Virus genome (UHGV): UHGV-0201915
DNA length: 44,587 nucleotides
DNA from: a virus
Reading direction: 5' to 3' (one strand)
Position numbers and translations under genes: made by a program. Within the stretch, counting starts at the first letter, position 1; each line of letters opens with the position of its first letter. Shown one piece after another: positions 1-7,461 of this stretch. Under the pieces are notes generated by a model. The model worked only from the letters and a program-made list of their open reading frames with translations. It made no database searches and was not told where the DNA came from.

Positions 1-7
1 ATAGGGT

Positions 8-415
8 TCATTTCAGCTCACTCCATTTGTGCCAGTCGTACAACTCTACATGTCGTATTTCATCGTAATCTACTTTTTGATCATCAATGTAGATTCCTAA
101 TTCATCATAGCCTTTTATCATACCTACCACATCATCTAAATATTTACCTTCCATATCTAGCTGTTCTAGTTGAATTGCGACAGGACGTCTTTTTAAGCGA
201 GCATGCTCTAGAACGTGTTGTATTTCGTGAGGGTACATCTGTGGCTTTTGTTCATTGACTCGTGATCGTTCAGCAACATCTTTTTGCATTGCTGCAGTGT
301 GATCGGATAAAAAGAATCCTGTCAACCATTTCAACATGCCCCTATCCTCATAAACGCTTTTTGCCTCTAAAAAAAGCTTTTCTGCTGACTCATCATCATA
401 AATCATAACCTTCAC
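8..415 (-). CDS. ImmA/IrrE-family (DUF955-like) Zn-metallopeptidase-like protein
   Basis: 135-aa ORF with an HEIQH(x3)H motif (HExxH zinc-peptidase signature, as in ImmA/IrrE). It lies left of the integrase with no partner HTH gene. Confidence 0.45.
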   Translation of the reverse strand: MKVMIYDDESAEKLFLEAKSVYEDRGMLKWLTGFFLSDHTAAMQKDVAERSRVNEQKPQMYPHEIQHVLEHARLKRRPVAIQLEQLDMEGKYLDDVVGMIKGYDELGIYIDDQKVDYDEIRHVELYDWHKWSELK

Positions 416-478
416 CTCACCGATATTATACGAACGTTTGTTCTGGTTTGTAAAGCGAACAGTTTCTTAAATCTGAAA

Positions 479-509
479 AAAAGGGGCAAAAAAGGGGCAA
501 ATATTTGCC
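479..509. repeat. Composite repeat R1: tandem AAAAGGGGCAAA x2 followed by the 14-bp palindrome GGCAAATATTTGCC
   Basis: Read directly from the sequence. It sits about 65-95 bp upstream of the ImmA-like start and just past the int 3' end. Candidate att-arm or operator site. Confidence 0.6.
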
Positions 510-684
510 AATGTTGTCAAATAATCAGTAAGAAAGAGTGGGGGGAAGGTCGAAAAAACATTGATATGACAACAATTAGCAATATTTGTTTAGCGATAAT
601 CCAACTAAGTAGGATCCGGCATGTGTCTGATATAAACCGCGTAACAGCAAGCCTGAGAGCTTGCTTTTTTATTTGTCAAAAACC

Positions 685-718
685 AAAAGGGGCAGAAAAG
701 GGGCAAAACTCATTTGCC
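685..718. repeat. Composite repeat R2: AAAAGGGGCAGA + AAAAGGGGCAAA followed by the inverted GGCAAA(actc)ATTTGCC
   Basis: Second copy of the R1 module in the same orientation, overlapping the int stop codon (710-712). Confidence 0.6.
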
Positions 719-1846
719 TTTAGCATTGAGCTTTTCAACAATACTAGCTTTTGTTTTCTTGGTTACATGAGTGTAGATTTTCATTGTTGTCTCCATGTCT
801 GCATGACCTACGCGTTCCATGATTGCTTTTACTGGTATGTTTAATTCAGCAAGTAGGGAGATGTGAGAGTGTCTAAAAATATGACTAGACATTTTTTTTT
901 TGATAGCATCTTTACCAAGTTTGTCATTCATAGCTTTTAGCGAATTGTTGAACGCATTGATTTGAATTGGTTTGCCAGTCTTGCCAACAAAGAGATAAGA
1001 AGTCTTTCCTTTAAATTTTAACTTATTCTCTAAAATCAATTCGTCAATTATTTCTATCGCTCGATTCGATAAATCAATTTCACGATATGATGCTAATGTC
1101 TTTGGCATCTCTTTTTTTGCATTCTTGTAGCCGTCTGAATAATCTAGAGTACCAATCACTTTTATAGTTTTGCTATTCGGATCGTAATCATTGATTGTGA
1201 GGCTTATAGCTTCTCCTGCACGCAGTCCAGTTAAATACATGAACTCAGCTAGCCTCCCGTGATGAACGCTCTGAAACGTGCTGTAATAGACGTTTAACAA
1301 CTTAGTTATTTCTTCTTCTTCTAAATATTTATCCTCGACTTTTTCATAAGTCTCTTTTGTTAAAGCTGGCTTTGGAACTTTCGTCCTACTAATAGGATTA
1401 ATTTTGATCATTTCCATATCGACTGCATAATCAAGCGCCATTTTTAGCACACTTCTAAACTTTTTTTTGTATTCATAAGATTGAGTTAACCCGTTTAGGA
1501 AATCTTGATAAAACTTTGTATCTGTATTACGTACCACTGCTTCAGTGTTAATGTTCTTTCGTATGTATTTCAAAAGTTTCTCATAATTAACTTGTGATGA
1601 TTGGCGAATAGAAACCTTATGCTGATTCCACCACGCATCTAATAGCTCGCCAAGTGTAATCTTGATTTGATTCTTTTCTTCGATCTTCTTATCGATTTTA
1701 TCTTGAAGTTCACTGATTGCTTGTTTTTTTGCTTGATTAGATTTGCTGTTAAGAGTGACTGAAACTTTCCTGCTCTTTTCTGTATAAGGGTCAATGTATC
1801 GTTCAGAATATTTGTATTTACCGTTCGGTAATTCTTCAATCCACAT
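710..1846 (-). CDS. int: Tyrosine site-specific integrase
   Basis: 378 aa. The C-terminal catalytic region reads HIFRHSHIS...MERVGHADMETTMKIYTHV (R...HxxR...Y family signature). It sits at the prophage end next to the lysogeny module. Confidence 0.95.
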   Translation of the reverse strand: MWIEELPNGKYKYSERYIDPYTEKSRKVSVTLNSKSNQAKKQAISELQDKIDKKIEEKNQIKITLGELLDAWWNQHKVSIRQSSQVNYEKLLKYIRKNINTEAVVRNTDTKFYQDFLNGLTQSYEYKKKFRSVLKMALDYAVDMEMIKINPISRTKVPKPALTKETYEKVEDKYLEEEEITKLLNVYYSTFQSVHHGRLAEFMYLTGLRAGEAISLTINDYDPNSKTIKVIGTLDYSDGYKNAKKEMPKTLASYREIDLSNRAIEIIDELILENKLKFKGKTSYLFVGKTGKPIQINAFNNSLKAMNDKLGKDAIKKKMSSHIFRHSHISLLAELNIPVKAIMERVGHADMETTMKIYTHVTKKTKASIVEKLNAKGK

Positions 1847-1932
1847 GTTTATTCAACTCCTTAAATGGAACGTATGTTCTTTTTTGGCGTTATTAAAGAA
1901 GCCCCTAAGGTGGGGCGTAGGTGTAATTGATG

Positions 1933-2238
1933 CTAAAACATTGAAATAAGAAACCATAAACACAAGAGTCCTATGGGCAACATGAATAAAAGGCAACCAA
2001 TTTGAGAAATAGTTTCTCCAGTTTTTTCTAGTCGTTCTCCTGATTTTTGCATTCTTTGACTGCGTTGATATAATTTAGAATTAGCCAGTCTCGATTCATA
2101 ATTATAAAAAATTTCGTGGATTTCATCGATATTAAGCGCTATTCCGCATTTTGGACATTTTACCGTATTGAAAGTCAATATAAAATCATTTCCGCAAGAC
2201 TCACACTTCATTTTTAATGTCTTTTTTTCTATATCCAT
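1933..2238 (-). CDS. Zinc-ribbon protein with C-terminal transmembrane anchor
   Basis: The N-terminus carries CESCG...CPKCG (two CxxC pairs). The C-terminus is a hydrophobic helix (LLFMLPIGLLCLWFLISMF). It lies between int and the repressor, a typical moron or exclusion slot. Confidence 0.5.
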   Translation of the reverse strand: MDIEKKTLKMKCESCGNDFILTFNTVKCPKCGIALNIDEIHEIFYNYESRLANSKLYQRSQRMQKSGERLEKTGETISQIGCLLFMLPIGLLCLWFLISMF

Positions 2239-2256
2239 TTCTACCCCTCCGAATAA

Positions 2257-2814
2257 TTAACTAGGTAAATTATTGATCGCAAATTGTGCTTCGTCAGGCG
2301 TATACTTGTCGTGAATTAACTGATCGTACAAACCTTGATCAGAAAAAGAAGTAAAATCCAAGTAATCTTTAGCTGTTTGAAGGGCATTTTGGTTCCAATC
2401 AGCAGAAATATTATCAATTGCGTACTGCGCTGCATCTGCTGGGTATTCTTCAAAGATTAATTGATCATATAAACCTTGCTTAGAAAATGCTGAGTAATCA
2501 AGATATGCCTCAGCAGCGCCTAAAGCATTTCTTTGTTCTCTAGTAACTGAATTGTCTTGAACTTTGACTGGACTAGAACTTGATTCATATGGTGCCACTG
2601 ATGAAGTTTCTTCTGTTTCTCCACCCACATATTCAATATCTGGGTCGGCGGTTAAATGATCATCGCCAGTGTTATCTTTAGCTTTTTCAAATTCGGAGTC
2701 AAAATCATAAGAAGATGAGCTTTCGTCCTTAATCGCTTCATCACTGTTAGATGAACAACCAGCAATTGTAAAACCAAGGGTAATCACAACCAAACCTAAC
2801 AATATTTTTTTCAT
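2257..2814 (-). CDS. ltp: Ltp-like surface lipoprotein (superinfection exclusion family), duplicated domain
   Basis: Signal peptide plus lipobox (TIAGC). Two tandem ~45-aa repeats (AAEAYLDYSAFSKQGLYDQLIFEEY...AAQYAIDNI and TAKDYLDFTSFSDQGLYDQLIHDKY...AQFAINNL) match the Ltp repeat architecture of the Streptococcus thermophilus TP-J34 Sie lipoprotein. The int-ltp-cI position also matches. Confidence 0.7.
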   Translation of the reverse strand: MKKILLGLVVITLGFTIAGCSSNSDEAIKDESSSSYDFDSEFEKAKDNTGDDHLTADPDIEYVGGETEETSSVAPYESSSSPVKVQDNSVTREQRNALGAAEAYLDYSAFSKQGLYDQLIFEEYPADAAQYAIDNISADWNQNALQTAKDYLDFTSFSDQGLYDQLIHDKYTPDEAQFAINNLPS

Positions 2815-2831
2815 TTATAACGCTCCTTTTC

Positions 2832-2840
2832 TGATATAAT
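2832..2840 (+). promoter_or_regulatory. Extended -10 element TGATATAAT on the plus strand
   Basis: TGnTATAAT lies between ltp and cI and points toward the 2868-2907 terminator. It defines a possible ~60-nt plus-strand sRNA. Confidence 0.3.
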
Positions 2841-2867
2841 ATGTTTATACGACTCAGAAATGAGTAA

Positions 2868-2910
2868 CCCTAGCCGAAGCTGTAACTTCGACTGGGGTAT
2901 TTTTTTAAAA
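2868..2910 (+). terminator. Intrinsic terminator (plus-strand orientation) between two minus-strand genes
   Basis: 12-bp stem (CCCTAGCCGAAG / CTTCGACTGGGG, one mismatch), 6-nt loop, then TATTTTTTTAAAA. The U-tract is on the plus strand only. Confidence 0.55.
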
Positions 2911-3612
2911 CACGACTTTCCCAATTATTCTAATCTGTTCCGGCGAGACGACTCTATCTTCATATAATTCGTTTATAGAGCGTAGAATAATCGATTGATT
3001 TTCATAATCTTTAAATACTTCCTTACACGTAACACCGTCACCGTCTAATTCTACAATAGCAATTTCTCCGTCTTCCACGTCTGGTTGTTCCTTAACAAAT
3101 ACAAATTGTCCATTTCTGATTACTGGCTCCATTGAATCTCCTATAATAGGAACGGCAAAATCAGCATTACTTGGAACCCTTTCAAATTCTTCTTCCTCTA
3201 CAACTGTATCGCCATAAACTAATTCAGTCGGGTTGGCGGCAGAAGCTGAATTTTTGATTGTCGGAAGTTTTTCCTTTTTAGGAAAGTGCACCACGTTGCT
3301 ATTTTGTTCTTCAAGTTGCTGTTCAGCAAAGTTGTAGACTTTTGTTTGTCTTGGTTTTTCTAATTGATTGTAGATTGTTTCAATGGAAGGAACAGCGGAG
3401 TTATTGTTTTTCGATAAATCCTTAGTCATTAAATCATCAATATCTACTTTAAATATTTTTGCTATGTCGTTCAAGGTGCCTATCCTCGGAGTATATTTTC
3501 CTTTTTCCCACTCGCTGATAGATGAAGAACTTTTTCTTCCTAGCATTTCAGCTAGTTCTAATTGTTCCATATTCTTTTTTTCTCTTAGAAACTTCAAGTT
3601 TTTAGAAAACAT
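2905..3612 (-). CDS. cI-like repressor: N-terminal XRE HTH plus C-terminal S24 LexA-like peptidase
   Basis: The HTH region reads LREKKNMEQLELAEMLGRKSSSSISEWEKGK. The S24 domain has GDSMEP...GEIAIVELDGDGVTCKEV (catalytic Ser and Lys). The probable start is the internal ATG after the GGAGGTG RBS; the ORF track extends to 3621. Confidence 0.9.
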   Translation of the reverse strand: MFSKNLKFLREKKNMEQLELAEMLGRKSSSSISEWEKGKYTPRIGTLNDIAKIFKVDIDDLMTKDLSKNNNSAVPSIETIYNQLEKPRQTKVYNFAEQQLEEQNSNVVHFPKKEKLPTIKNSASAANPTELVYGDTVVEEEEFERVPSNADFAVPIIGDSMEPVIRNGQFVFVKEQPDVEDGEIAIVELDGDGVTCKEVFKDYENQSIILRSINELYEDRVVSPEQIRIIGKVVF

Positions 3613-3645
3613 TTCATTCACCTCCTTATTTTTATTATAACACCG

Positions 3646-3662
3646 TTTCGGAAAAAACGAAA
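3646..3662. promoter_or_regulatory. Operator O1 (TTTCG-N7-CGAAA palindrome)
   Basis: Sequence TTTCGGAAAAAACGAAA in the cI/cro intergenic region, adjacent to the cI RBS. Confidence 0.6.
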
Positions 3663-3722
3663 TACATTTCTTGAATTACATTTACAATTATTTAAAATGC
3701 GGTCATATAGAAATAAAAATAA

Positions 3723-3739
3723 TTTCGGAAAAAACGAAA
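3723..3739. promoter_or_regulatory. Operator O2 (TTTCG-N7-CGAAA palindrome)
   Basis: Exact second copy of the O1 17-mer. Confidence 0.6.
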
Positions 3740-3747
3740 TAAAACTC

Positions 3748-3776
3748 TTGACTTCGGAAAAACCGAAATGTATACT
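3748..3776 (+). promoter_or_regulatory. PR early lytic promoter: -35 TTGACT, 17-nt spacer, -10 TATACT
   Basis: Consensus-like sigma-A promoter. Its spacer is operator O3. The GAGGTGA RBS and the cro ATG (3809) follow. Confidence 0.7.
3753..3767. promoter_or_regulatory. Operator O3 (TTCGG-N5-CCGAA palindrome) inside the PR spacer
   Basis: TTCGGAAAAACCGAA lies between the -35 and -10 of PR. Confidence 0.6.
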
Positions 3777-3808
3777 TAAATCAGAGTTAAGAAACGAGGT
3801 GACACAAA

Positions 3809-4051
3809 ATGGAAAATAAAAAAGAAAAGTACACTCTCAAACAACTGCGCGGTTTAAACGGTTTAACAAAAGAAGAACTTGCCAAAAAAAGTGAAGTTAC
3901 TTCTCGAACTATTTATATCTACGAAACAGATGTTAAAAAAATGAGAAATGGCAAATACGTAACGTTAGAAAAAATTGCTAAAGCGTTAGGCGTTAGAGTT
4001 GGAGATATTTTTTTAGATCCCGATTCGGAAAAACCGAAACAAATCAGTTAA
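3809..4051 (+). CDS. Cro-like XRE-family HTH regulator
   Basis: 80 aa, transcribed divergently from the repressor. The HTH reads LTKEELAKKSEVTSRTIYIYE. Confidence 0.8.
   Translation: MENKKEKYTLKQLRGLNGLTKEELAKKSEVTSRTIYIYETDVKKMRNGKYVTLEKIAKALGVRVGDIFLDPDSEKPKQIS
4024..4038. promoter_or_regulatory. Operator O4 (TTCGG-N5-CCGAA) inside the 3' end of cro, upstream of the antirepressor gene
   Basis: TTCGGAAAAACCGAA is identical to the O3 core and lies 32 bp before the antirepressor start. Confidence 0.5.
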
Positions 4052-4069
4052 GTTTAGGAGGAAACGTAA

Positions 4070-4828
4070 ATGACAACACAAAAATTTGAAAACAACTTAT
4101 TTCTATTAGAAGTAAAAACAGAAAGCGGAGAATCATTGTTCGATGTCGAAACTGTAGCGAAAAGTTTAGGTTTTACTCAATCGAAAAACGGCAAAGATTT
4201 TGTAAGGTGGGAACGGGTTAATGACTACCTGAAAAAATATTCCCCACAACTGGGGAAAGGGTCATTTATCAGCGAGCCGATGGTATACAAGTTAGCTTTT
4301 AAAGCGAATAATGCTTTAGCAGAAAAATTCCAAGACTGGTTAGCAACGGAAGTCCTACCGCAAATCAGAAAACATGGAATGTATGCCACAGACGAGTTAC
4401 TAGACAATCCTGATTTACTTATTGAAGTAGCAACCAAGCTCAAAGAAGAAAAAACACTGCGCCTGATTGCGGAACAACGAGTAAATGAATTACAGCCGAA
4501 GGCGGACTACTACGACCGAATCTTAAACAATAAAGGATTAGTTCCAGTTAGTACGATTGCTAAGAACTACGGTATGAGCGCTGTATCGTTTAATAAATTG
4601 CTACATGAGTTAGGTATCCAGTTCAATCAAAGTGGCACATGGCTGCTATACAGCAAGTTCCAAGACAAAGGATACACGCATATCGAACCATTTGATTATG
4701 AAGATAAAAACGGCAATCGGCAAGTAAAAACACGGATGAAATGGACGCAAAAAGGACATATCTTCTTATATGAGACATTGAAGAAGAATAATTACTTACC
4801 GATGATTGAACGTGAACAAACAGCGTAG
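4070..4828 (+). CDS. Phage antirepressor (N-terminal Bro-N/AntA-like domain, C-terminal KilAC/ANT domain)
   Basis: The C-terminus reads KADYYDRILNNKGLVPVSTIAKNYGMSAVSFNKLLHELGIQF, typical of the KilAC antirepressor domain. It is the second gene of the PR operon. Confidence 0.8.
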   Translation: MTTQKFENNLFLLEVKTESGESLFDVETVAKSLGFTQSKNGKDFVRWERVNDYLKKYSPQLGKGSFISEPMVYKLAFKANNALAEKFQDWLATEVLPQIRKHGMYATDELLDNPDLLIEVATKLKEEKTLRLIAEQRVNELQPKADYYDRILNNKGLVPVSTIAKNYGMSAVSFNKLLHELGIQFNQSGTWLLYSKFQDKGYTHIEPFDYEDKNGNRQVKTRMKWTQKGHIFLYETLKKNNYLPMIEREQTA

Positions 4829-4839
4829 GAGGTAACACA

Positions 4840-5028
4840 ATGAAAAAAATCCAACTATCAGACGGAATGCCTAGTGACATTCGTAGAAATGAGGTCAGTG
4901 CAAAAGTGAAAGAGCTCTTGGACAACACAAAGAAATTATGCAAGGAATCGGAACTATCCTATGTAGAAATCAATAAAGCTCTCTATCTTGCAGATAAAGA
5001 ACTTTATATGGAAAAGATATCTAGTTAG
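4840..5028 (+). CDS. Small hypothetical protein
   Basis: 62 aa, preceded by an AGGAGGT RBS. Confidence 0.4.
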   Translation: MKKIQLSDGMPSDIRRNEVSAKVKELLDNTKKLCKESELSYVEINKALYLADKELYMEKISS

Positions 5029-5264
5029 TGCCATTCGTTTTGCTTTTGTTCCTCTAGGTATTGCTGATACTGTTCGTCAGTTGCTCCAACAACGTACGCA
5101 GTATTGTAATACACTTGATCGTTATCACCAATCAGATCAACTAGTTTAGGGCCAACACTTAAAAGCAACCATCCTTTTTGTAATAACTCGTTTGCTTTTG
5201 AGTTTGCAGCGTCATCATCGAATTCTAGTGTAAAAACAATTTTTGAATAATCCACATTTTTCAC
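5025..5264 (-). CDS. Hypothetical protein (minus-strand moron, divergent from the 5309 gene)
   Basis: 79 aa. A GAGGTGA RBS sits 5 nt before the ATG on the minus strand. Confidence 0.5.
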   Translation of the reverse strand: MKNVDYSKIVFTLEFDDDAANSKANELLQKGWLLLSVGPKLVDLIGDNDQVYYNTAYVVGATDEQYQQYLEEQKQNEWH

Positions 5265-5308
5265 CTCGCTTTCTAAAGCGATTATATCAAATGATAGGAG
5301 GATAAATA

Positions 5309-5554
5309 ATGACTGAAAAAATAGCCTTAGCAGAAACCATCAAATTGCCTCAATTATCAATGCCAAAGGATGAAGCGATAAAATATTTCGGATTTGAAGG
5401 ACATGAATCTACATTCCAAAGATTGTTAGCAGAGTTCAAAGTACATCCAGATTACAAACGTGGTTATCGAGCACCGACATACAAAATTGTGCTGATAAAC
5501 ATCAATCTGTTTGATCAATTTTTGGATTGGAAGGACAAAAATAAATTTAAATAG
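5309..5554 (+). CDS. Putative excisionase-like HTH protein (Tn916-Xis/MerR-like)
   Basis: 81 aa. LSMPKDEAIKYFGFEGHESTFQRLLAEF resembles the small excisionase HTH pattern. AGGAGGA RBS. Confidence 0.35.
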   Translation: MTEKIALAETIKLPQLSMPKDEAIKYFGFEGHESTFQRLLAEFKVHPDYKRGYRAPTYKIVLININLFDQFLDWKDKNKFK

Positions 5555-5567
5555 AGGAGAGAACACA

Positions 5568-5807
5568 ATGACAGATTTAGTCATAAACGCAAAGTTAATC
5601 GGAGTAGAAGAAGCTACGGCTAAAGCAGAACGGTATGTCGAACTATTAAAAGAAGCCAAATCGTTGGCGGACGAATTGGCTTCAATGGAATTTGAAATTG
5701 GTATTAAACAAGCAACTGATTCTTCACAAGAAAGCATTATCCCTCTTGACGAAAAATCAATTACAAAATCAAGCGACTTGCTTACTCGTTCACTAAAAAC
5801 TCTTTAA
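5568..5807 (+). CDS. Hypothetical protein
   Basis: 80 aa read from the ATG after the AGGAGAGAA RBS (the ORF track begins at 5511). Confidence 0.4.
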   Translation: MTDLVINAKLIGVEEATAKAERYVELLKEAKSLADELASMEFEIGIKQATDSSQESIIPLDEKSITKSSDLLTRSLKTL

Positions 5808-6006
5808 GTGCGACGCGAATTAGATTATCAGTTCTTTCACGACTGATTGTGCTTTGTAACGCTATCATTCTTTCTAATTCAGAAGAATCAGGCATTGTAT
5901 TCTGGATAGCCTCGGCATTTCTTAAATAATTTTCTTCTTGATCGTACATTTCATCAAATCGGTCTAACATTTTAGAAAAATTTTTTTCGAATGTGTCTTT
6001 ATCCAT
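5782..6006 (-). CDS. Hypothetical protein (minus strand)
   Basis: 74 aa. AAGGTGGTGA RBS on the minus strand. A 9-bp inverted repeat (CCTTATCAG/CTGATAAGG) lies in its 5' region. Confidence 0.5.
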   Translation of the reverse strand: MDKDTFEKNFSKMLDRFDEMYDQEENYLRNAEAIQNTMPDSSELERMIALQSTISRERTDNLIRVALKEFLVNE

Positions 6007-6083
6007 ATTTTCACCACCTTATCAGTTATTTCAGCAGACCACTTGCTGATAAGGAAATTATACAACAGAAAGGAAGTAGCAAA

Positions 6084-6545
6084 ATGAAAAATAAAAAAAT
6101 TGCACTAGGAGTTAGCGCTGCATTGTTTCTAGGTTCAACTGTAGGATTCGCCGCAGGCGTTGGTTTCTTCGATAATGCAACGACTGTTGAACAGAATATC
6201 TACAAACTGGCTAACATTGCTACGCAGAACAAGCAGAAGGCAGCAGATGTTCAAAGTAAACTTGATCAAACGACTGGGCAGCAAAAGAACCTGCAAGATC
6301 AACTAGACAGTTTGAAACAGCAATTGGCAAACAAACAAAACGAGGTCAATGCGAAGCAGTCTGAAATCGAAGCCAAACAACGTGAAGTCGAATCTAAGCA
6401 AAAAGAAGTCACACAGAAACAACAAGAGGCGGATAAGCTGCGTAATGAACTATCTAACGCTCAAAATGATTCAGCACAAAAAGACGTACGCATGGCGGAG
6501 TTAGCAAATTTGAGCCAACAAAAAGTAAACGAGTTGGGCCAGTAG
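6084..6545 (+). CDS. Secreted or membrane-anchored coiled-coil protein
   Basis: N-terminal signal/TM segment (KIALGVSAALFLGSTVGFAAG) followed by Q/K/E-rich heptad-like repeats. The likely start is the ATG at 6084 after AAAGGAAG. Confidence 0.5.
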   Translation: MKNKKIALGVSAALFLGSTVGFAAGVGFFDNATTVEQNIYKLANIATQNKQKAADVQSKLDQTTGQQKNLQDQLDSLKQQLANKQNEVNAKQSEIEAKQREVESKQKEVTQKQQEADKLRNELSNAQNDSAQKDVRMAELANLSQQKVNELGQ

Positions 6546-6554
6546 GAGGATTAA

Positions 6555-6701
6555 TGATGAAACGACTAAATTTTCAAACGATCCTGCTTTCGATGATCGC
6601 AATTCCAGTTTTCACGTTAGTCAATATTTGGCTGGCCTACGGCTACATTCTACTTTTCTTTTTGGTGATCGGATGGGAAAAGAAAAAGCCAGCCGAGGGG
6701 G
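6555..6701 (+). CDS. Small membrane protein (48 aa; not in ORF track)
   Basis: AGGAGGA RBS, then MMKRLNFQTILLSMIAIPVFTLVNIWLAYGYILLFFLVIGW, which contains two hydrophobic helices. Confidence 0.4.
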
Positions 6702-6709
6702 CTGACTAG

Positions 6710-6904
6710 ATGAGGACCGTATTTGTAATAGTATCTTCGTTCTTTACTATTAGTAGCTTATGGTTACTTATTTCGTGGATTCAAATAATAAAGGCACAAA
6801 AAGAATTAGAGCTGCAAGATGTAATGATCATGGTTTTAGCAGTTATTGCCGTAGGTTTGAGTGTTACTTTTCTTCTAGTGAGCCTATTCCATAGGGAGGA
6901 TTAA
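6710..6904 (+). CDS. Small two-helix membrane protein
   Basis: 64 aa with two hydrophobic segments. GAGGGGG RBS. Confidence 0.45.
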   Translation: MRTVFVIVSSFFTISSLWLLISWIQIIKAQKELELQDVMIMVLAVIAVGLSVTFLLVSLFHRED

Positions 6905-7439
6905 ATCCAAGTTCTTGAAATGTTTTCTCATAGTCGTTATACGGAGCTAATTTGCCACTTGGATATCTAACCCATTGTGTATTTTTATAGTCTGTAAAAA
7001 ACATAAAAGGAATTGCGTGAGTTCCGCCAGCAGCGACACCAGGACTTTCCATTGTGATTTGATAACTTCCTGGAGGCAAGACGTCAATATAGGTTGCATA
7101 ACTTTGAGCATCTTTTCCAATTGCAAATTTCAAATACTCATTCAGTTTTCCGTTACGGTTTTGTGAGCTTGCCAAAAAAACGAACACATTATAAACAGGC
7201 GTATTATCAGCGTTATTCAAATTAACTTTTTGAGTATTGCCACCAAATTCTGTGCTCCAAGTAGATATGAATTTGGCTTGTTCAAATTTTTCAGCTTTGT
7301 TCTTTTCGTCATTAAGCTTTTTGATTTGTTGAGAGTTAATAATAATGTTCCACACTGTAAAAATTGCCACAAGCATAGCAACAACTTTAGAAATATTATC
7401 CAAAGTAAAAAAAGAATTTTTATCCAAAAAAAGCACCAC
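6864..7439 (-). CDS. Membrane-anchored protein of unknown function, with its own promoter
   Basis: 191 aa with an N-terminal TM helix (VVAMLVAIFTVWNIIINS) and a ~150-aa extracytoplasmic domain. Its 3' end overlaps the 6710 gene convergently. An extended -10 lies upstream (7453-7461). Confidence 0.5.
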   Translation of the reverse strand: MVLFLDKNSFFTLDNISKVVAMLVAIFTVWNIIINSQQIKKLNDEKNKAEKFEQAKFISTWSTEFGGNTQKVNLNNADNTPVYNVFVFLASSQNRNGKLNEYLKFAIGKDAQSYATYIDVLPPGSYQITMESPGVAAGGTHAIPFMFFTDYKNTQWVRYPSGKLAPYNDYEKTFQELGFNPPYGIGSLEEK

Positions 7440-7452
7440 CAGTTTTTAAACC

Positions 7453-7461
7453 ATTATATCA
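7453..7461 (-). promoter_or_regulatory. Extended -10 (TGATATAAT on the minus strand) for the 6864..7439 gene
   Basis: Reverse complement of ATTATATCA. It lies about 14-22 bp upstream of the GTG/TTG start region. Confidence 0.4.

Noticed and set aside
1639-1839. 66-aa minus-strand ORF nested inside the integrase gene
   Set aside because: Lies fully within a confidently assigned CDS in another frame. Lys/Arg-rich low-complexity translation of AT-rich DNA.
3383-3640. 85-aa plus-strand ORF antisense to the repressor gene
   Set aside because: Antisense to a well-supported CDS, with no RBS. Shadow ORF.
4225-4943. Minus-strand ORFs 4225..4443 and 4623..4943 inside the antirepressor region
   Set aside because: Embedded antisense in a strongly supported plus-strand gene. 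No RBS. Composition artefacts.
5426-5737. 103-aa minus-strand ORF spanning two plus-strand small genes
   Set aside because: Overlaps two plus-strand genes that have good RBSs. It has no RBS of its own.
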